Assembly: GCA_963636125.1 (NCBI GenBank)
Contig: CAVHIP010000001.1
Location: 4,981 to 68,980, forward strand
Length of the DNA: 64,000 nt
DNA from: Oscillospiraceae bacterium
Lineage (GTDB): Bacteria; Bacillota; Clostridia; Oscillospirales; Oscillospiraceae
Direction: 5' to 3'
Both the position numbers and the translations under genes were made by a program. A model generated the notes under the pieces. The model worked only from the letters and a program-made list of their open reading frames with translations, was not told the DNA's origin and did not search any database. Position 1 is the first letter of the stretch, and the number at the start of each line of letters is the position of its first letter. This document shows, piece after piece, positions 11,301 to 23,008 of this stretch.

Positions 11301-12392
11301 ATGAAGGAAAAAATAAACTCTATACAGGCTCTGCGCGCTTTGGCGTGCATGTGCGTGTTTTTCTATCACTGTTTTTCAAAAACAATAGTGACCTGGGGCG
11401 TTTCGATTTTCTTTTATCTTTCCGGCTTTCTTCTTGTGTACAGGCATTTGAATTCCGAATTTTGCTCCGGCAAACCAGATTTCAAATTTTGCCTGAGCTT
11501 TGCATGGGGAAAGATAAGAAAACTATATCCGCTGTATATTCTTTCCATGCTTCCGATTCTCGCGCTCGAACTTTATTCCATATTAAACGGTCTTTCCGAT
11601 GATACGCTTCTTTTTTCCGCAAAGAAGCTTTTAGCCGTAGCGCTGATGATTCAATCATGGATTCCGAGCAATCACTACGTTTTTGCTTACAACGGCATTG
11701 GATGGTATGTCTCCTCCGCTTTTTTCACATATCTTGTTTTCCCGTTTATTCTCCGGCGTATAAGGAATTACAAAAGCAGCAAAAGCCCATTTTTTGCCAT
11801 TGGTATCATTTTGACTGTAATGGTAATTCTCGGCTTTGCCGCGCCATATCTTGCCTCTCTTGAAAGTCGCCTTAACATCCCGAGCGACGACAGCTTTGAA
11901 ATGTGGTTTACTTACAATTTCCCGCCGTTCCGTGCTTTGGAATTTGTCATCGGATGCAATATAGGCTGCATCTTTGCGAAGGCGGACAGAGAGCCTTCCG
12001 AAAAAACTGTTGTCATGACCGATATTCTCTGTATTGCGCTATTCTTTGCCGCTTGGAGCATTTACAGGTTTTCCGACAGCGTTTTTGCCGGCGATGCTTT
12101 TAAGTATTCACAGCTCTTTGCGCCGTTTTGCATTGCTTTTCTATGCGCGTTCGTTATGGGCAAAGGAATCATTTCAAATTTTTTTACAAACGCGGCCATC
12201 GTTTTTTTGGGGAACATAAGTGGTTGGTTTTTCATCATCCATATGGATGTCATGAAATTTTATCACATTTTTGCCGGTATGATCGGTTTATCGGCAGAAC
12301 TTATTAATATTTTAATCGTCCCTGTTGTAGGAGCGGTTACAATCCTGCTGTCGATGGGATACGACACGATAATAAAAAAGCGCTCATCATAA
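11301..12392 (+). CDS. Acyltransferase family 3 (membrane O-acyltransferase)
   Basis: 363 aa and polytopic. The N-terminal motif is INSIQALRALACMCVFFYHC, and the 10-TM layout is typical of Acyl_transf_3. Confidence 0.7.
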   Translation: MKEKINSIQALRALACMCVFFYHCFSKTIVTWGVSIFFYLSGFLLVYRHLNSEFCSGKPDFKFCLSFAWGKIRKLYPLYILSMLPILALELYSILNGLSDDTLLFSAKKLLAVALMIQSWIPSNHYVFAYNGIGWYVSSAFFTYLVFPFILRRIRNYKSSKSPFFAIGIILTVMVILGFAAPYLASLESRLNIPSDDSFEMWFTYNFPPFRALEFVIGCNIGCIFAKADREPSEKTVVMTDILCIALFFAAWSIYRFSDSVFAGDAFKYSQLFAPFCIAFLCAFVMGKGIISNFFTNAAIVFLGNISGWFFIIHMDVMKFYHIFAGMIGLSAELINILIVPVVGAVTILLSMGYDTIIKKRSS

Positions 12393-12423
12393 GCGTATAT
12401 TCCCCCGACAACTATACTTTTTC

Positions 12424-12452
12424 TTGCAATTCGCGCTGTATTATGGTAAACT
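12424..12452 (+). promoter_or_regulatory. Sigma-A type promoter for the sortase gene
   Basis: TTGCAA (12424-12429), a 17-nt spacer, then TGgTAAACT (extended -10, hexamer 12447-12452). A GGAGG RBS follows at 12470-12474. Confidence 0.45.
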
Positions 12453-12480
12453 AAATTATCAAAACCGATGGAGGTTTAAT

Positions 12481-13311
12481 ATGAAAAAAACAGCAAAAAT
12501 TATATTGATCATTGTTCTTGCGGTATGCGTAGGTCTGTTCGTATACAGCGGTCTTAATCTTATTAAAATCAATAAGGAATACAAAGAGGCCAGAGATTAC
12601 TACGACGAACTGAGCGAAACCTATGTTTCCGTCGCGCAGGAAGCTGAAGAAGATGATGTCACTGCAGACGCTGTCGAAGTGGATGACTCCGCCGTCGAAA
12701 AGGAGGTTTGCCCGATCACGGTTGATTTCAACAATCTGCTTGCCACCAACAAGGATGTATGCGCATGGATATATTCCCCGGACACCGTTATCAACTACGT
12801 TGTGGTTCAGGGTGAGGACAACAACAATTATCTTCACCACAAGCTTGACGGCACATACAACGCAAGCGGCACACTGTTCATTGACTGCGAATGCAGCCCG
12901 AATTTCTCCGGCGCAAACACCATTATCTACGGTCACAACATGAAGGACGGATCTATGTTCGCCTCACTGCACAACTATGTTGACCAGAGTTATTACGATG
13001 CTCACCCCGTGATGTACATCAGCACTCCCTCCGGAGACTATAAGCTTGAGATATTCTCCTGCTTTACCTGCGATTTTGACGCAGACACCTACACACTTTC
13101 GTTCGCGAGCGAGGCGGAATACAGCTCCTTCCTCAACAAGATGGTTTCTCAGTCCAACGTGAAAACAAATGTTTCCGTTGATTCGAGCGAACGTATCGTC
13201 ACGCTGTCCACCTGCACATATGAATATGACAACGCAAGATACGTTGTCATGGGCAAGCTTGTCCCGATGGGCGCGGATTCCGTTTCCACCCCGGAAGTTC
13301 CCCAGACCTGA
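12481..13311 (+). CDS. srtB: Class B sortase
   Basis: The start was taken at the ATG at 12481 (MKKTAKIILI.., signal anchor, GGAGG RBS) rather than the TTG at 12424. Motifs: NTIIYGHNMKDGSMFASL and the catalytic LSTCTYEYDNARYVV. Confidence 0.8.
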   Translation: MKKTAKIILIIVLAVCVGLFVYSGLNLIKINKEYKEARDYYDELSETYVSVAQEAEEDDVTADAVEVDDSAVEKEVCPITVDFNNLLATNKDVCAWIYSPDTVINYVVVQGEDNNNYLHHKLDGTYNASGTLFIDCECSPNFSGANTIIYGHNMKDGSMFASLHNYVDQSYYDAHPVMYISTPSGDYKLEIFSCFTCDFDADTYTLSFASEAEYSSFLNKMVSQSNVKTNVSVDSSERIVTLSTCTYEYDNARYVVMGKLVPMGADSVSTPEVPQT

Positions 13312-13355
13312 TTATAGTTATCAGAGAGCTTCACTAAAACAGAATATTATACAGC

Positions 13356-13400
13356 AATTGTTGGGATGACCGCCCATGTAGGACGGTCATCCCAACAATT
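13356..13400. terminator. 17-bp perfect hairpin between convergent sortase and flavodoxin genes
   Basis: AATTGTTGGGATGACCG (13356-13372), an 11-nt loop, then CGGTCATCCCAACAATT (13384-13400). The position between convergent genes fits a bidirectional terminator, but no U-tract is present. Confidence 0.5.
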
Positions 13401-13445
13401 TATTGCAGAGTTATGTATTTCTGTTTTCTGAATTAAGAGAAAGGC

Positions 13446-13922
13446 TTAAATGTCCAAGGAGCTGAGCCAATCTTGCATTTGCTTTGAGCTTGCGCCGCCT
13501 CTGAACATTTTGCCGATAACGAGCCTTGCGCCGGAGCAGCTTGCGGAAAGGCTTTCACTGACATTTTCCATGCCGCTTCCGCCGGAGGTTGCGAAGGTGA
13601 CTATCGTCTTGCCGGCGAGATCATAGCTTTCAAGGAAAGTGTTGATTATTGTCGGAGCGGTATACCACCAGATCGGAAAGCCGAGGAAAATTACGTCATA
13701 TTCGCCCATATTATCGCATTTGTCGGCAATCGCGGGGCGAGAAGCGGGATTGTTCATTTCTACGGAGCTACGTGAGCGCGGATTTGTCCAATCAAGGTCG
13801 GCGTGGGTATAGAGAGCAGACGGTTTGATTTCAAACAGGTCGGCATCGGCGGCTTCTGCAAGAGTGCGGGCAACCTTTGCAGTTGTCCCGGTGGGCGAAA
13901 AATAAGCAACAAGTTTTTTCAT
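13446..13922 (-). CDS. Flavodoxin
   Basis: 158 aa. The N-terminal FMN-binding loop is MKKLVAYFSPTGTTAKVA, there is a GFPIWW motif, and a GGAGG RBS is present. Confidence 0.8.
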   Translation of the reverse strand: MKKLVAYFSPTGTTAKVARTLAEAADADLFEIKPSALYTHADLDWTNPRSRSSVEMNNPASRPAIADKCDNMGEYDVIFLGFPIWWYTAPTIINTFLESYDLAGKTIVTFATSGGSGMENVSESLSASCSGARLVIGKMFRGGASSKQMQDWLSSLDI

Positions 13923-13978
13923 TGAAGTACCTCCTCATTTTATAAGCCAACTATATCACAATTGAGCGAAAAGTGAAA

Positions 13979-14005
13979 GGGCAACAGCGAACAAGGCTGT
14001 TGCCC
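13979..14005 (-). terminator. Intrinsic terminator of tsf
   Basis: GGGCAACAGC / GCTGTTGCCC stem with a 7-nt loop. On the minus strand it is followed by TTTCACTTTT. Confidence 0.65.
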
Positions 14006-14035
14006 TAAAATTTGATATTCGAATGTCGGGGGGAC

Positions 14036-14965
14036 TTACTTGCCCATATTCATCTGAGCGGCAACCTCTGCGGCGAAGTCCTCTTCCTTCTTCTCAATGC
14101 CCTCGCCCTTGATGAAGTGAACGGCGTTGACGAACTTGACAGAGCCGCCGAGCTTCTTCGCAGCGTCGGCAATATAGCCTTCAACGGAGCCGTTGAACAG
14201 TTCGGAGCGGACGAAATCCTGCTGGAGCAGGCAGTTATCTTTGTAGAAAGCGTTGATCTTGCCTTCGGCGATCTTCTTCTTGATTGCATCGGGCTTTGAA
14301 GACATCTTGGGATCATTGTTCATGAGAGCAACCTGAACTTCGAGCTCGTGGTCTATATCTGCCTGAGGAACATTGCTCTTATCCCAATACTTAGGATTCA
14401 TAGAGGCGATCTGCATAGCGACATTCTTGCCGACCTCGGAAGCGTCGCACCCTTCAACGGCAAGATTTACGAGAACGGCGTGGGTGCCGTGCTGGTGTAC
14501 ATATGCAATGGAAGTGTTCTCCGCAAAGCGCTCGAAGCGGCGGATCTGGAGATTCTCGCCGATTGACATGACCTTCTCGGGCAGAACTTCGGTAACGGTC
14601 ATATCTCTGCCGGGGTACTTGCAGTTCATAAGAGCTTCGACATCGGCGGGGTTGTCATTGAGAACAACATGGCAGATGTCCTTAACAAACTCAACAAACA
14701 GAGCGCTCTTTGCGCAGAAGTCGGTCTCGCAGTTGACTTCGACAATTGCGCCGACACCGCACTTGGGGCAAACTTCGGCATAAGCCATACCTTCGGCGGC
14801 AACGCGTCCGGCCTTCTTTGCGGCCTTTGCAAGGCCCTTTTCACGCAGCCAGTCAACTGCTTTATCCATATCGCCATCGGTAGCCTGGAGAGCTTTCTTG
14901 CAGTCCATCATGCCGACATTGGTCATCTCACGCAGGGTCTTAACATCCTGAGCAGTAAATGCCAT
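14036..14965 (-). CDS. tsf: Translation elongation factor Ts
   Basis: The N-terminal UBA-like motif is VKTLREMTNVGMMDCKKAL..DGDMDKAVDWLREKG. The protein is 309 aa and lies immediately downstream of rpsB. Confidence 0.95.
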   Translation of the reverse strand: MAFTAQDVKTLREMTNVGMMDCKKALQATDGDMDKAVDWLREKGLAKAAKKAGRVAAEGMAYAEVCPKCGVGAIVEVNCETDFCAKSALFVEFVKDICHVVLNDNPADVEALMNCKYPGRDMTVTEVLPEKVMSIGENLQIRRFERFAENTSIAYVHQHGTHAVLVNLAVEGCDASEVGKNVAMQIASMNPKYWDKSNVPQADIDHELEVQVALMNNDPKMSSKPDAIKKKIAEGKINAFYKDNCLLQQDFVRSELFNGSVEGYIADAAKKLGGSVKFVNAVHFIKGEGIEKKEEDFAAEVAAQMNMGK

Positions 14966-14995
14966 AATTATATCCTCCTATAAATTTTCTTGAAA

Positions 14996-15018
14996 AAGGG
15001 GCGATTAACGCGCCCCTT
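14996..15018 (-). terminator. Hairpin between rpsB and tsf (partial terminator/attenuator)
   Basis: On the minus strand AAGGGGCG-cgttaat-CGCCCCTT is followed by TTTTC. It occupies the classical position between rpsB and tsf. Confidence 0.6.
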
Positions 15019-15044
15019 CAAACTTTTTACCAAAAACGGGGAAA

Positions 15045-15785
15045 TTATTCCTCGACAGGCGCTTCTGCTGCAGCTTCCGCAGGCTCTTCGGCCTCTGCGT
15101 CAACGCCCTGACGGCCTTCCTGAACGGCGTTTGCCATGGTGGCGGAAATCAGACGGATAGCGCGGATAGCGTCATCGTTTGCGGGAATGACGTAATCGAC
15201 CTCATCGGGATCGCAGTTGGTATCAACGATAGCAACAATAGGAATGTGCAGCTTGCGGGCTTCGGCAATAGCGTTATGCTCCTTGCGGGGGTCAACAACG
15301 AACAGAGCGCCGGGGAGCTTTTTCATTTCCTTAACGCCGCCGAGGTACTTCTCGAGCTTTTCCATCTCGCCGAGGTGCTTCATAACTTCCTTCTTGGGAA
15401 GCATATCGAAGGTGCCGTCTTCCTGCATCTTCTTGAGCTGCGCAAGACGATCAACGCGAGTGCGCATGGTCTTGAAGTTGGTGAGCATGCCGCCGAGCCA
15501 GCGGGCATTGACATAGTACATACCTACGCGAGCGGCCTCTTCCTTGACCGCATCGGTAGCCTGCTTTTTGGTGCCGACGAAAAGAATGGACTGACCGTTC
15601 TCGGAGAGCTGACGAACGAACTCATAAGCCTCTTCAAGCTTTTTGACGGTTTTCTGCAGGTCGATGATGTAAATACCGTTGCGCTCGCAATAGATGTATT
15701 CGCTCATCTTGGGGTTCCAGCGGCGGGTCTGGTGGCCGAAGTGGACACCGGCTTCGAGCAGCTGCTTCATGGAAACTACTGACAT
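15045..15785 (-). CDS. rpsB: 30S ribosomal protein S2
   Basis: [27 protein letters not shown]... is the canonical S2 N-terminus. The protein is 246 aa with an acidic tail. Confidence 0.95.
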   Translation of the reverse strand: MSVVSMKQLLEAGVHFGHQTRRWNPKMSEYIYCERNGIYIIDLQKTVKKLEEAYEFVRQLSENGQSILFVGTKKQATDAVKEEAARVGMYYVNARWLGGMLTNFKTMRTRVDRLAQLKKMQEDGTFDMLPKKEVMKHLGEMEKLEKYLGGVKEMKKLPGALFVVDPRKEHNAIAEARKLHIPIVAIVDTNCDPDEVDYVIPANDDAIRAIRLISATMANAVQEGRQGVDAEAEEPAEAAAEAPVEE

Positions 15786-15928
15786 TTGATTTTCTCCTTT
15801 ATTTTGTTATTTTAGCCGACTGCAGAATATTTACTCCGCAATCGTCTATTCCTCCGGAGACTTCATCCCCTCCTCCAAGTCTTGCGACCACATGGGGGAA
15901 AGTCCGCCTCCGTGCGAAATGCTTAGAT

Positions 15929-15957
15929 ATTATACCGAATACGCATTTGAATTGCAA
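15929..15957 (-). promoter_or_regulatory. Sigma-A promoter of rpsB-tsf
   Basis: On the minus strand: TTGCAA (15957-15952), a 17-nt spacer, then TATAAT (15934-15929). This leaves a leader of about 135 nt. Confidence 0.55.
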
Positions 15958-15990
15958 TAGTTTTTTTGATTTTTTATCGATTTTGCGCGC

Positions 15991-17217
15991 TCATCCTATG
16001 AGCAGAACAGATAGATCGTTGACATTTGTTCCGGTGGCGCCGGTTTTGATGAGTCCGCCGCATTTCTCCAGCGCGTGATAGGCATCGTTGTTTTGCAGGG
16101 TTTCGTATATGTCTACGCCCTGATTTTTGAGTATTTCTTTGGTATAGCCGTCGGCATAGCCGCCCGCCGCGTCGGTGGGGCCGTCCGTCCCGTCCGAGCC
16201 GACGGAAAAGACGCATACATTCTTAAGCCCGGCGATGCCTTCGGCGGCGGCCAAAGCTATTTCCTGATTTCGACCGCCCATTCCGCTGCCGGTCAGATGA
16301 ACAACGGTTTCGCCGCCCGCAATAAAGGCAAGGCGTTCGTCGGAATCGGCGTACTTTTGGGCAATGTTAGCAAGGAACACGCCCGCGTCCCGCGCCGTAC
16401 AGCCGAGAGAAGCGGTCAGCGTAAGGGGCTTATATCCGAGCTCCGCGCAGGTTTTCTCGGCGGACAGGCAGAGCTGCGCGACGCTTCCGGTGATACGCGT
16501 TTCCACGTTATCCAGCTCTTTCGGCGTTTCCGTATCCAAAAGCGATTTCATGCGCTCAGTAAGGGTGAGCTTATATCTTGCGGCAATGGATTTCGCCTCA
16601 TCCGCGGTAGAGCTGTCGGCCACGGCGGGACCGGAGGCAATCATATCGAGGCGATCGCCGATAACATCCGACAAAACAATTGAATATATCTTTGCAGGAG
16701 AACATAGCTTTGCAAAGCGGCCGCCTTTAACCGCGGAAAACCGCTTGCGGAGAGTGTTCATCTCGACAATGTCCGCGCCGGACGCTAAAAGCTCCCGAGT
16801 CAGGCGCTCCATGTCCTCAATGGGTATAAGCGGCTTTTCAAAAAGCGCCGAGCCGCCGCCGGAAAGCAAAAAAACGACATTATCCCCGCTCCCCAAAGGC
16901 GCAACCATATCAATAACCGCCTGAGTCGCCGTGTAAGTATCGGCATCGGGAACGGGATGGCCGGCTTCATATACGCTGAATCCGGCAATATTGCCTTTTG
17001 AGTACCCGTGTTTTGTGATGACTATGCCATTTTTTATTTTTTCGCCTAAAACATCCGCGGCGGTTTTGCCCATCTCCCACGCCGCTTTGCCGACGGCGAC
17101 GACATATATATCGCCATCCGGTTTATAATCTATTATCGCCGCCCTGACGGCATTGTGCGGAAGGGCGGAATCTATCGCTCTGCGGATTATCTCATTTGCG
17201 TCTTCTCTCAATGACAT
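15991..17217 (-). CDS. Glycerate 2-kinase (DUF4147/MOFRL family)
   Basis: 408 aa. Motifs GKAAWEMG, FLLSGGGSALFE, and C-terminal GGETVVHLTG..GGRNQE..SVGSDGTDGPTDAAG are typical of MOFRL-type glycerate kinases. Confidence 0.75.
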   Translation of the reverse strand: MSLREDANEIIRRAIDSALPHNAVRAAIIDYKPDGDIYVVAVGKAAWEMGKTAADVLGEKIKNGIVITKHGYSKGNIAGFSVYEAGHPVPDADTYTATQAVIDMVAPLGSGDNVVFLLSGGGSALFEKPLIPIEDMERLTRELLASGADIVEMNTLRKRFSAVKGGRFAKLCSPAKIYSIVLSDVIGDRLDMIASGPAVADSSTADEAKSIAARYKLTLTERMKSLLDTETPKELDNVETRITGSVAQLCLSAEKTCAELGYKPLTLTASLGCTARDAGVFLANIAQKYADSDERLAFIAGGETVVHLTGSGMGGRNQEIALAAAEGIAGLKNVCVFSVGSDGTDGPTDAAGGYADGYTKEILKNQGVDIYETLQNNDAYHALEKCGGLIKTGATGTNVNDLSVLLIG

Positions 17218-17244
17218 AGTTATATTTCCTCAAGCATGTCAATA

Positions 17245-18919
<1,675 letters not shown>

Positions 18920-18933
18920 TATATATCATATCA

Positions 18934-20397
18934 TTACTGATTGGTAATAACGGCGCCCGCCAGAAGTAGCATGCATGCCACCACCAAAATGGCAAAAAGA
19001 GGCATGAACCACTTGAGCCACTTCTGATAGGGAATGTCGGACAGACCGCAGACGATGACGATACCGGCGGTAGGATACACCAGATCCGCCACGCCGCTGG
19101 CCAACTGATAGGCAAGGCAAGCCACGCCGCGGCTCAGGCCCAACGCATCCGCCAACGGCGCCATGATAGGCATGGTGACGGCGGCCTGGCCGGTAGAGGA
19201 CGGAATAGGCAGATTGATAATCGCCTGAACGATGAACATCAGCTGAGCAGACAGCCAAGACGGAGCATGCTGCAGCAGATCTGCCAGCGCGTGAATGATC
19301 GTATCGGTAATCTTCGCATCGTTCATGACAACGAGAATACCGCGGGACAGGCCGGCAATCAACGCGCCCCAAAGCATGCCGCGCGCGCCGGCGACAAACT
19401 CGTCCACATACTTCTGAGGCTTCCAGCCGCAGATGAGGGCAGCGACAATGGACATGATTATGAACAGGCCGCAGAGCTGCTTGTTGCCCCAGCTGTATTT
19501 CAGCAGGCCAACCATAAGGATTGCAAGAGTGACAACCAAGTCCACAAGAACAAGGGCAAACTTTGTGTCCATCTTGTACTGATCCAGGTCACCGTCGCTG
19601 AAAGAGTGTATGCAGGGGCGGCCGTAAAGAATGGACTTAGTGGGGTCATTACGCACCATAGAGCCATAGCGGAGCACATATACGATGCAAAGCCCGATCA
19701 TCACAGCAAAGATAACCCAACGGTATGTCATGCCTGAATAGATCTGCACTTCCGCAATGCCTTGAGAAATTGCGACATTATAGGGGTTCAGCGTACCGCA
19801 GGTAAAGCCGATATATTCGCCCAGCGCCAGAATGGCAAAGCCGAACATAGCGTCATAGCCCATAGCAATTCCCAAGCCGACAATCAGCGGATAGAAGCCG
19901 TATAGCTCAGAGATCATGCCGAAAACAGAACCGCACAGGCCAAACAGAATCATCAAAACCGCCGCCAGCACCATGGTCCTCTTTCCCAGCTTTTTCATTA
20001 CCACGCCGATACCCGCATGAAATGCTCCCGTCTGCACCATGATACGGAAACACGCGCAACAGCACAGGATCATAAAGATGGTGCCGCCGGCCTCTACGCA
20101 TCCGGTATACAGAGCGGAAAAGATTCCCAAAAATCCGGTAGGCTGTCCGCCCTCCTCCAAATAGTGAAAGGATCCCTCAATCGCAAGATTTCGGGTGCTG
20201 CCATTGATTTCTTTCTGCACATAGTCATATGAACCGGCAGGGATAATCCAGCTGAGGATCGCCACGATCACAACCATGATGAATACCACGATCCATGTAT
20301 CCGGCATTTCAAACTTTTTCTTGCTTTTTTTCGGGGGAGCGGTCACTTTAACCGAAGCATCCGCCGGCTGCGTGTTTCGGATTTCCTTTTTTTCCAT
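18934..20397 (-). CDS. yfcC: YfcC/DcuC-family anaerobic carrier (putative peptide or acidic amino-acid transporter)
   Basis: 487 aa with about 12 TM segments. The N-terminus (KKKFEMPDTWIVVFIMVVIVAILSWIIPAGSYDY) and overall layout are typical of YfcC family proteins. Confidence 0.7.
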   Translation of the reverse strand: MEKKEIRNTQPADASVKVTAPPKKSKKKFEMPDTWIVVFIMVVIVAILSWIIPAGSYDYVQKEINGSTRNLAIEGSFHYLEEGGQPTGFLGIFSALYTGCVEAGGTIFMILCCCACFRIMVQTGAFHAGIGVVMKKLGKRTMVLAAVLMILFGLCGSVFGMISELYGFYPLIVGLGIAMGYDAMFGFAILALGEYIGFTCGTLNPYNVAISQGIAEVQIYSGMTYRWVIFAVMIGLCIVYVLRYGSMVRNDPTKSILYGRPCIHSFSDGDLDQYKMDTKFALVLVDLVVTLAILMVGLLKYSWGNKQLCGLFIIMSIVAALICGWKPQKYVDEFVAGARGMLWGALIAGLSRGILVVMNDAKITDTIIHALADLLQHAPSWLSAQLMFIVQAIINLPIPSSTGQAAVTMPIMAPLADALGLSRGVACLAYQLASGVADLVYPTAGIVIVCGLSDIPYQKWLKWFMPLFAILVVACMLLLAGAVITNQ

Positions 20398-20490
20398 GAG
20401 AAAATGTTCCTCCTGCTGTAATTATGTTGTAGTAAGTATTTTATTGAAACGCTCCTAACCTCGGCTCGAAACGTACAATACATTATAAAA

Positions 20491-21627
20491 TCAAAACTCG
20501 AAGTTCGCGTGCACCTGCATTTCCTTGTCCCGAAGCATACAGCGGCCCATGGCGTAAACGGTGTTGATGTCCATGTTTTTATCCAGCAAGACAATATCCG
20601 CGTCTGAGCCTGCGGCCAGTACGCCCTTGGCCGGATACAAATCCAACGCCTTCGCGACATTTTCCGTCACAGGCAGCAACGCGCGCTCCAACGGGCAGTT
20701 CTGCATCTGAACCATGGCCCGTACGGTCTCATGCAGGGCATTAATATGTCCGGCGTCGATGCCGATCATCTCGTTACGTTCATTCCACACCGGCAGACTG
20801 CCGTTGCTATCGGTGCTGATGGTCACGCTGCCTTCCGGCGCTTCGTCCAATGCCCGCACCAGCAACGCGCTGCGGTTGAACATATCGTCCGGATCGCAGG
20901 TGAAATCAATATAACCGCCCAGCTTTGCAAAGCGGATTGCGGCATCGTACTTTGCAGCCAGATGGGTGGGGCGGAAAGTGCGAATCGGGATCTCCGTCTC
21001 TTCCACGATTTCAAAGAGCATATCCAACTGCGCTTTCCCGCTTCCGGTATGCAGGTGGACAATACCGGGTTTGCCGGACAACATTCCCGCCACCCGCGCG
21101 TCAGACGCCAGCTTGATCAAAGATTCCTTTGTCATATTGCTGGAACGGTGATCCGAAATGGCAATTTTGACACCGATGATTTCGTCCACAAAAACGATGT
21201 CATCCATTACGCTGCCGGTAAGCGTAGGGGACGGATAATTGTAATTGCCGGTAAGGCAATATGCCGTCAGCCCAAACTCACGCAGAGCTTTGGTCTTTGC
21301 TACCAGGTTCGCCACACTGCGTGTGGTTCCATCGGTACCAAGCAGGCCAACCAGGGTGGTGACACCCGCCTTTACAGGTTCGCTGAACTTCAGTGGTGGC
21401 ACCTGCGTAATAAAGCTTCCCTCTCCGCCGCCTCCGATCACATGCACATGCTGGTCGATATAACCGGGAATGGCGGTCATGCCGCGTCCGTCTTCTACAA
21501 TCAGCCCGTCATAATCGCAGTTAATACTGTCATCCACGCGTTCGATGCGCTTGTCCGCTATCAGAATATCGCCGGGGCGCCATGCTCCGTTGCGGTAGGA
21601 AGTCACATTCTTCAGCAATCGAATCAT
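20491..21627 (-). CDS. iadA: Isoaspartyl (beta-aspartyl) dipeptidase
   Basis: PGYIDQHVHVIGGGGEGSF, GVKIAISDHRSS and VHLHTG align with E. coli IadA over the full length. The start was taken at MIRLLKN (21627) because the track start at 21660 would overlap lysA. Confidence 0.85.
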   Translation of the reverse strand: MIRLLKNVTSYRNGAWRPGDILIADKRIERVDDSINCDYDGLIVEDGRGMTAIPGYIDQHVHVIGGGGEGSFITQVPPLKFSEPVKAGVTTLVGLLGTDGTTRSVANLVAKTKALREFGLTAYCLTGNYNYPSPTLTGSVMDDIVFVDEIIGVKIAISDHRSSNMTKESLIKLASDARVAGMLSGKPGIVHLHTGSGKAQLDMLFEIVEETEIPIRTFRPTHLAAKYDAAIRFAKLGGYIDFTCDPDDMFNRSALLVRALDEAPEGSVTISTDSNGSLPVWNERNEMIGIDAGHINALHETVRAMVQMQNCPLERALLPVTENVAKALDLYPAKGVLAAGSDADIVLLDKNMDINTVYAMGRCMLRDKEMQVHANFEF

Positions 21628-21641
21628 AAATAAATTCTCCT

Positions 21642-22940
21642 TTACAGCTCGTTGCGGCACAGATCGGCAAAAGTTTCCCTGCGCGCAGCCAACTCATGGC
21701 TTCCGCCACGCAGCATCACAATAGGCGGTCGGGGCAGGCGGTTATAGTTGGACGCCATAGTGTAATTGTACGCGCCGGTTGTACACACGACCAGTATATC
21801 TCCGCGATGTACATCTGCGGGCAGCTCCACATTCTCCTGAATGATATCCCCGCTCTCACAGCAGCGCCCCACAACCGAGCATCTGAATTTTCGGGGGGCA
21901 TCCATCCTGTCCGCAAGCAAGCAGGTATAGGGGGCGCGGTACAGAGCAAAGCGCGGATTATCCGACATGCCGCCGTCTACGGAAACATAATTTTTATAGT
22001 TTGGAATTCGCTTTACCGCACCGACAGTGTACAGTGTCATTCCCGCATCCGCAACGATGCTCCTGCCCGGCTCCATATGAATCTCCGGCTCCGGCAACTC
22101 CAAACGTCGGCATGTCTCATGGATCACAGCCGCAACTTCTCCGATTCGCTGAGAAATATCAAGATGCGGGTCGTTCTCTGAATAGCGTACGCCGTAACCG
22201 CCGCCCAAATCCAATTGTCGCGCAAGATAACCGTGCTTTCCGTACATAGCGGAAATGAATTCCAGCATGGTCACGGCGCAGCGTTCAAACACGTCCTCCT
22301 CCATAACCTGAGAGCCTACATGGCAGTGAAAGCCTTCCAAACTAAGATGCGGCTGCTGCAGCGTCAGAAGTATGATTTTCTCCGCTTGACCGGTCTCGAT
22401 GGCGCTGCCGAATTTAGAATCCACCTTTCCGGTGGCAACGGCTTCATATGTATGAGGGTCTATGCCCGGAGTCAGCCGAAGCAGCAGCTTCTGCGTAACG
22501 CCGTGGCGCGCAGCCTCCGCTTCCAAAGCGCAGATTTCCTCTGCGCTGTCCGCCACAAAATAACCGACACCGCAGTCCATGGCATAGCTGATATCTTCAT
22601 CGGTTTTGTTATTTCCGTGGAAATAGGCATGAGATACGTCATAACCTGCCTGTATGGCGGTATAGATTTCGCCGGAGGACACCACATCAATGCCCATCTG
22701 TTCATCTTGCATAATCTCATAGATATGTTTGAAGCAATTGGCCTTGCCGGCATAGAGGGGCAGTGAACCTGCGCTGAAATGCTTTTGAAACGCTTGCCGA
22801 TATATGCGGCAATTGGCGCGTACTCTGTCCTCATCCATCAGGTACAGAGGCGTGCCATACTGCCGGGCCAGCGCAATGACATCCTGTCCGGCAAACAGCA
22901 GGTGCCCCTCCGGAGAAACGGAAATATTATCACAGATCAT
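21642..22940 (-). CDS. lysA: Diaminopimelate decarboxylase
   Basis: 432 aa PLP fold-III decarboxylase. Motifs: YAGKANCF, HCHVGSQ, DLGGGYGV and CESGD. Confidence 0.9.
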   Translation of the reverse strand: MICDNISVSPEGHLLFAGQDVIALARQYGTPLYLMDEDRVRANCRIYRQAFQKHFSAGSLPLYAGKANCFKHIYEIMQDEQMGIDVVSSGEIYTAIQAGYDVSHAYFHGNNKTDEDISYAMDCGVGYFVADSAEEICALEAEAARHGVTQKLLLRLTPGIDPHTYEAVATGKVDSKFGSAIETGQAEKIILLTLQQPHLSLEGFHCHVGSQVMEEDVFERCAVTMLEFISAMYGKHGYLARQLDLGGGYGVRYSENDPHLDISQRIGEVAAVIHETCRRLELPEPEIHMEPGRSIVADAGMTLYTVGAVKRIPNYKNYVSVDGGMSDNPRFALYRAPYTCLLADRMDAPRKFRCSVVGRCCESGDIIQENVELPADVHRGDILVVCTTGAYNYTMASNYNRLPRPPIVMLRGGSHELAARRETFADLCRNEL

Positions 22941-23008
22941 GGTTTGCTCTTTCCCGGTCCCGTTTTAGGCGGAACCTGTTGGTATTAGGAATTAACGCGG
23001 TTTTCGTC

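Noticed and set aside
22941-23008. A lysine riboswitch before lysA, and a T-box before cysS (63427-63457)
   Set aside because: The intergenic spaces are only 68 nt and 31 nt, which is far too short for either element.
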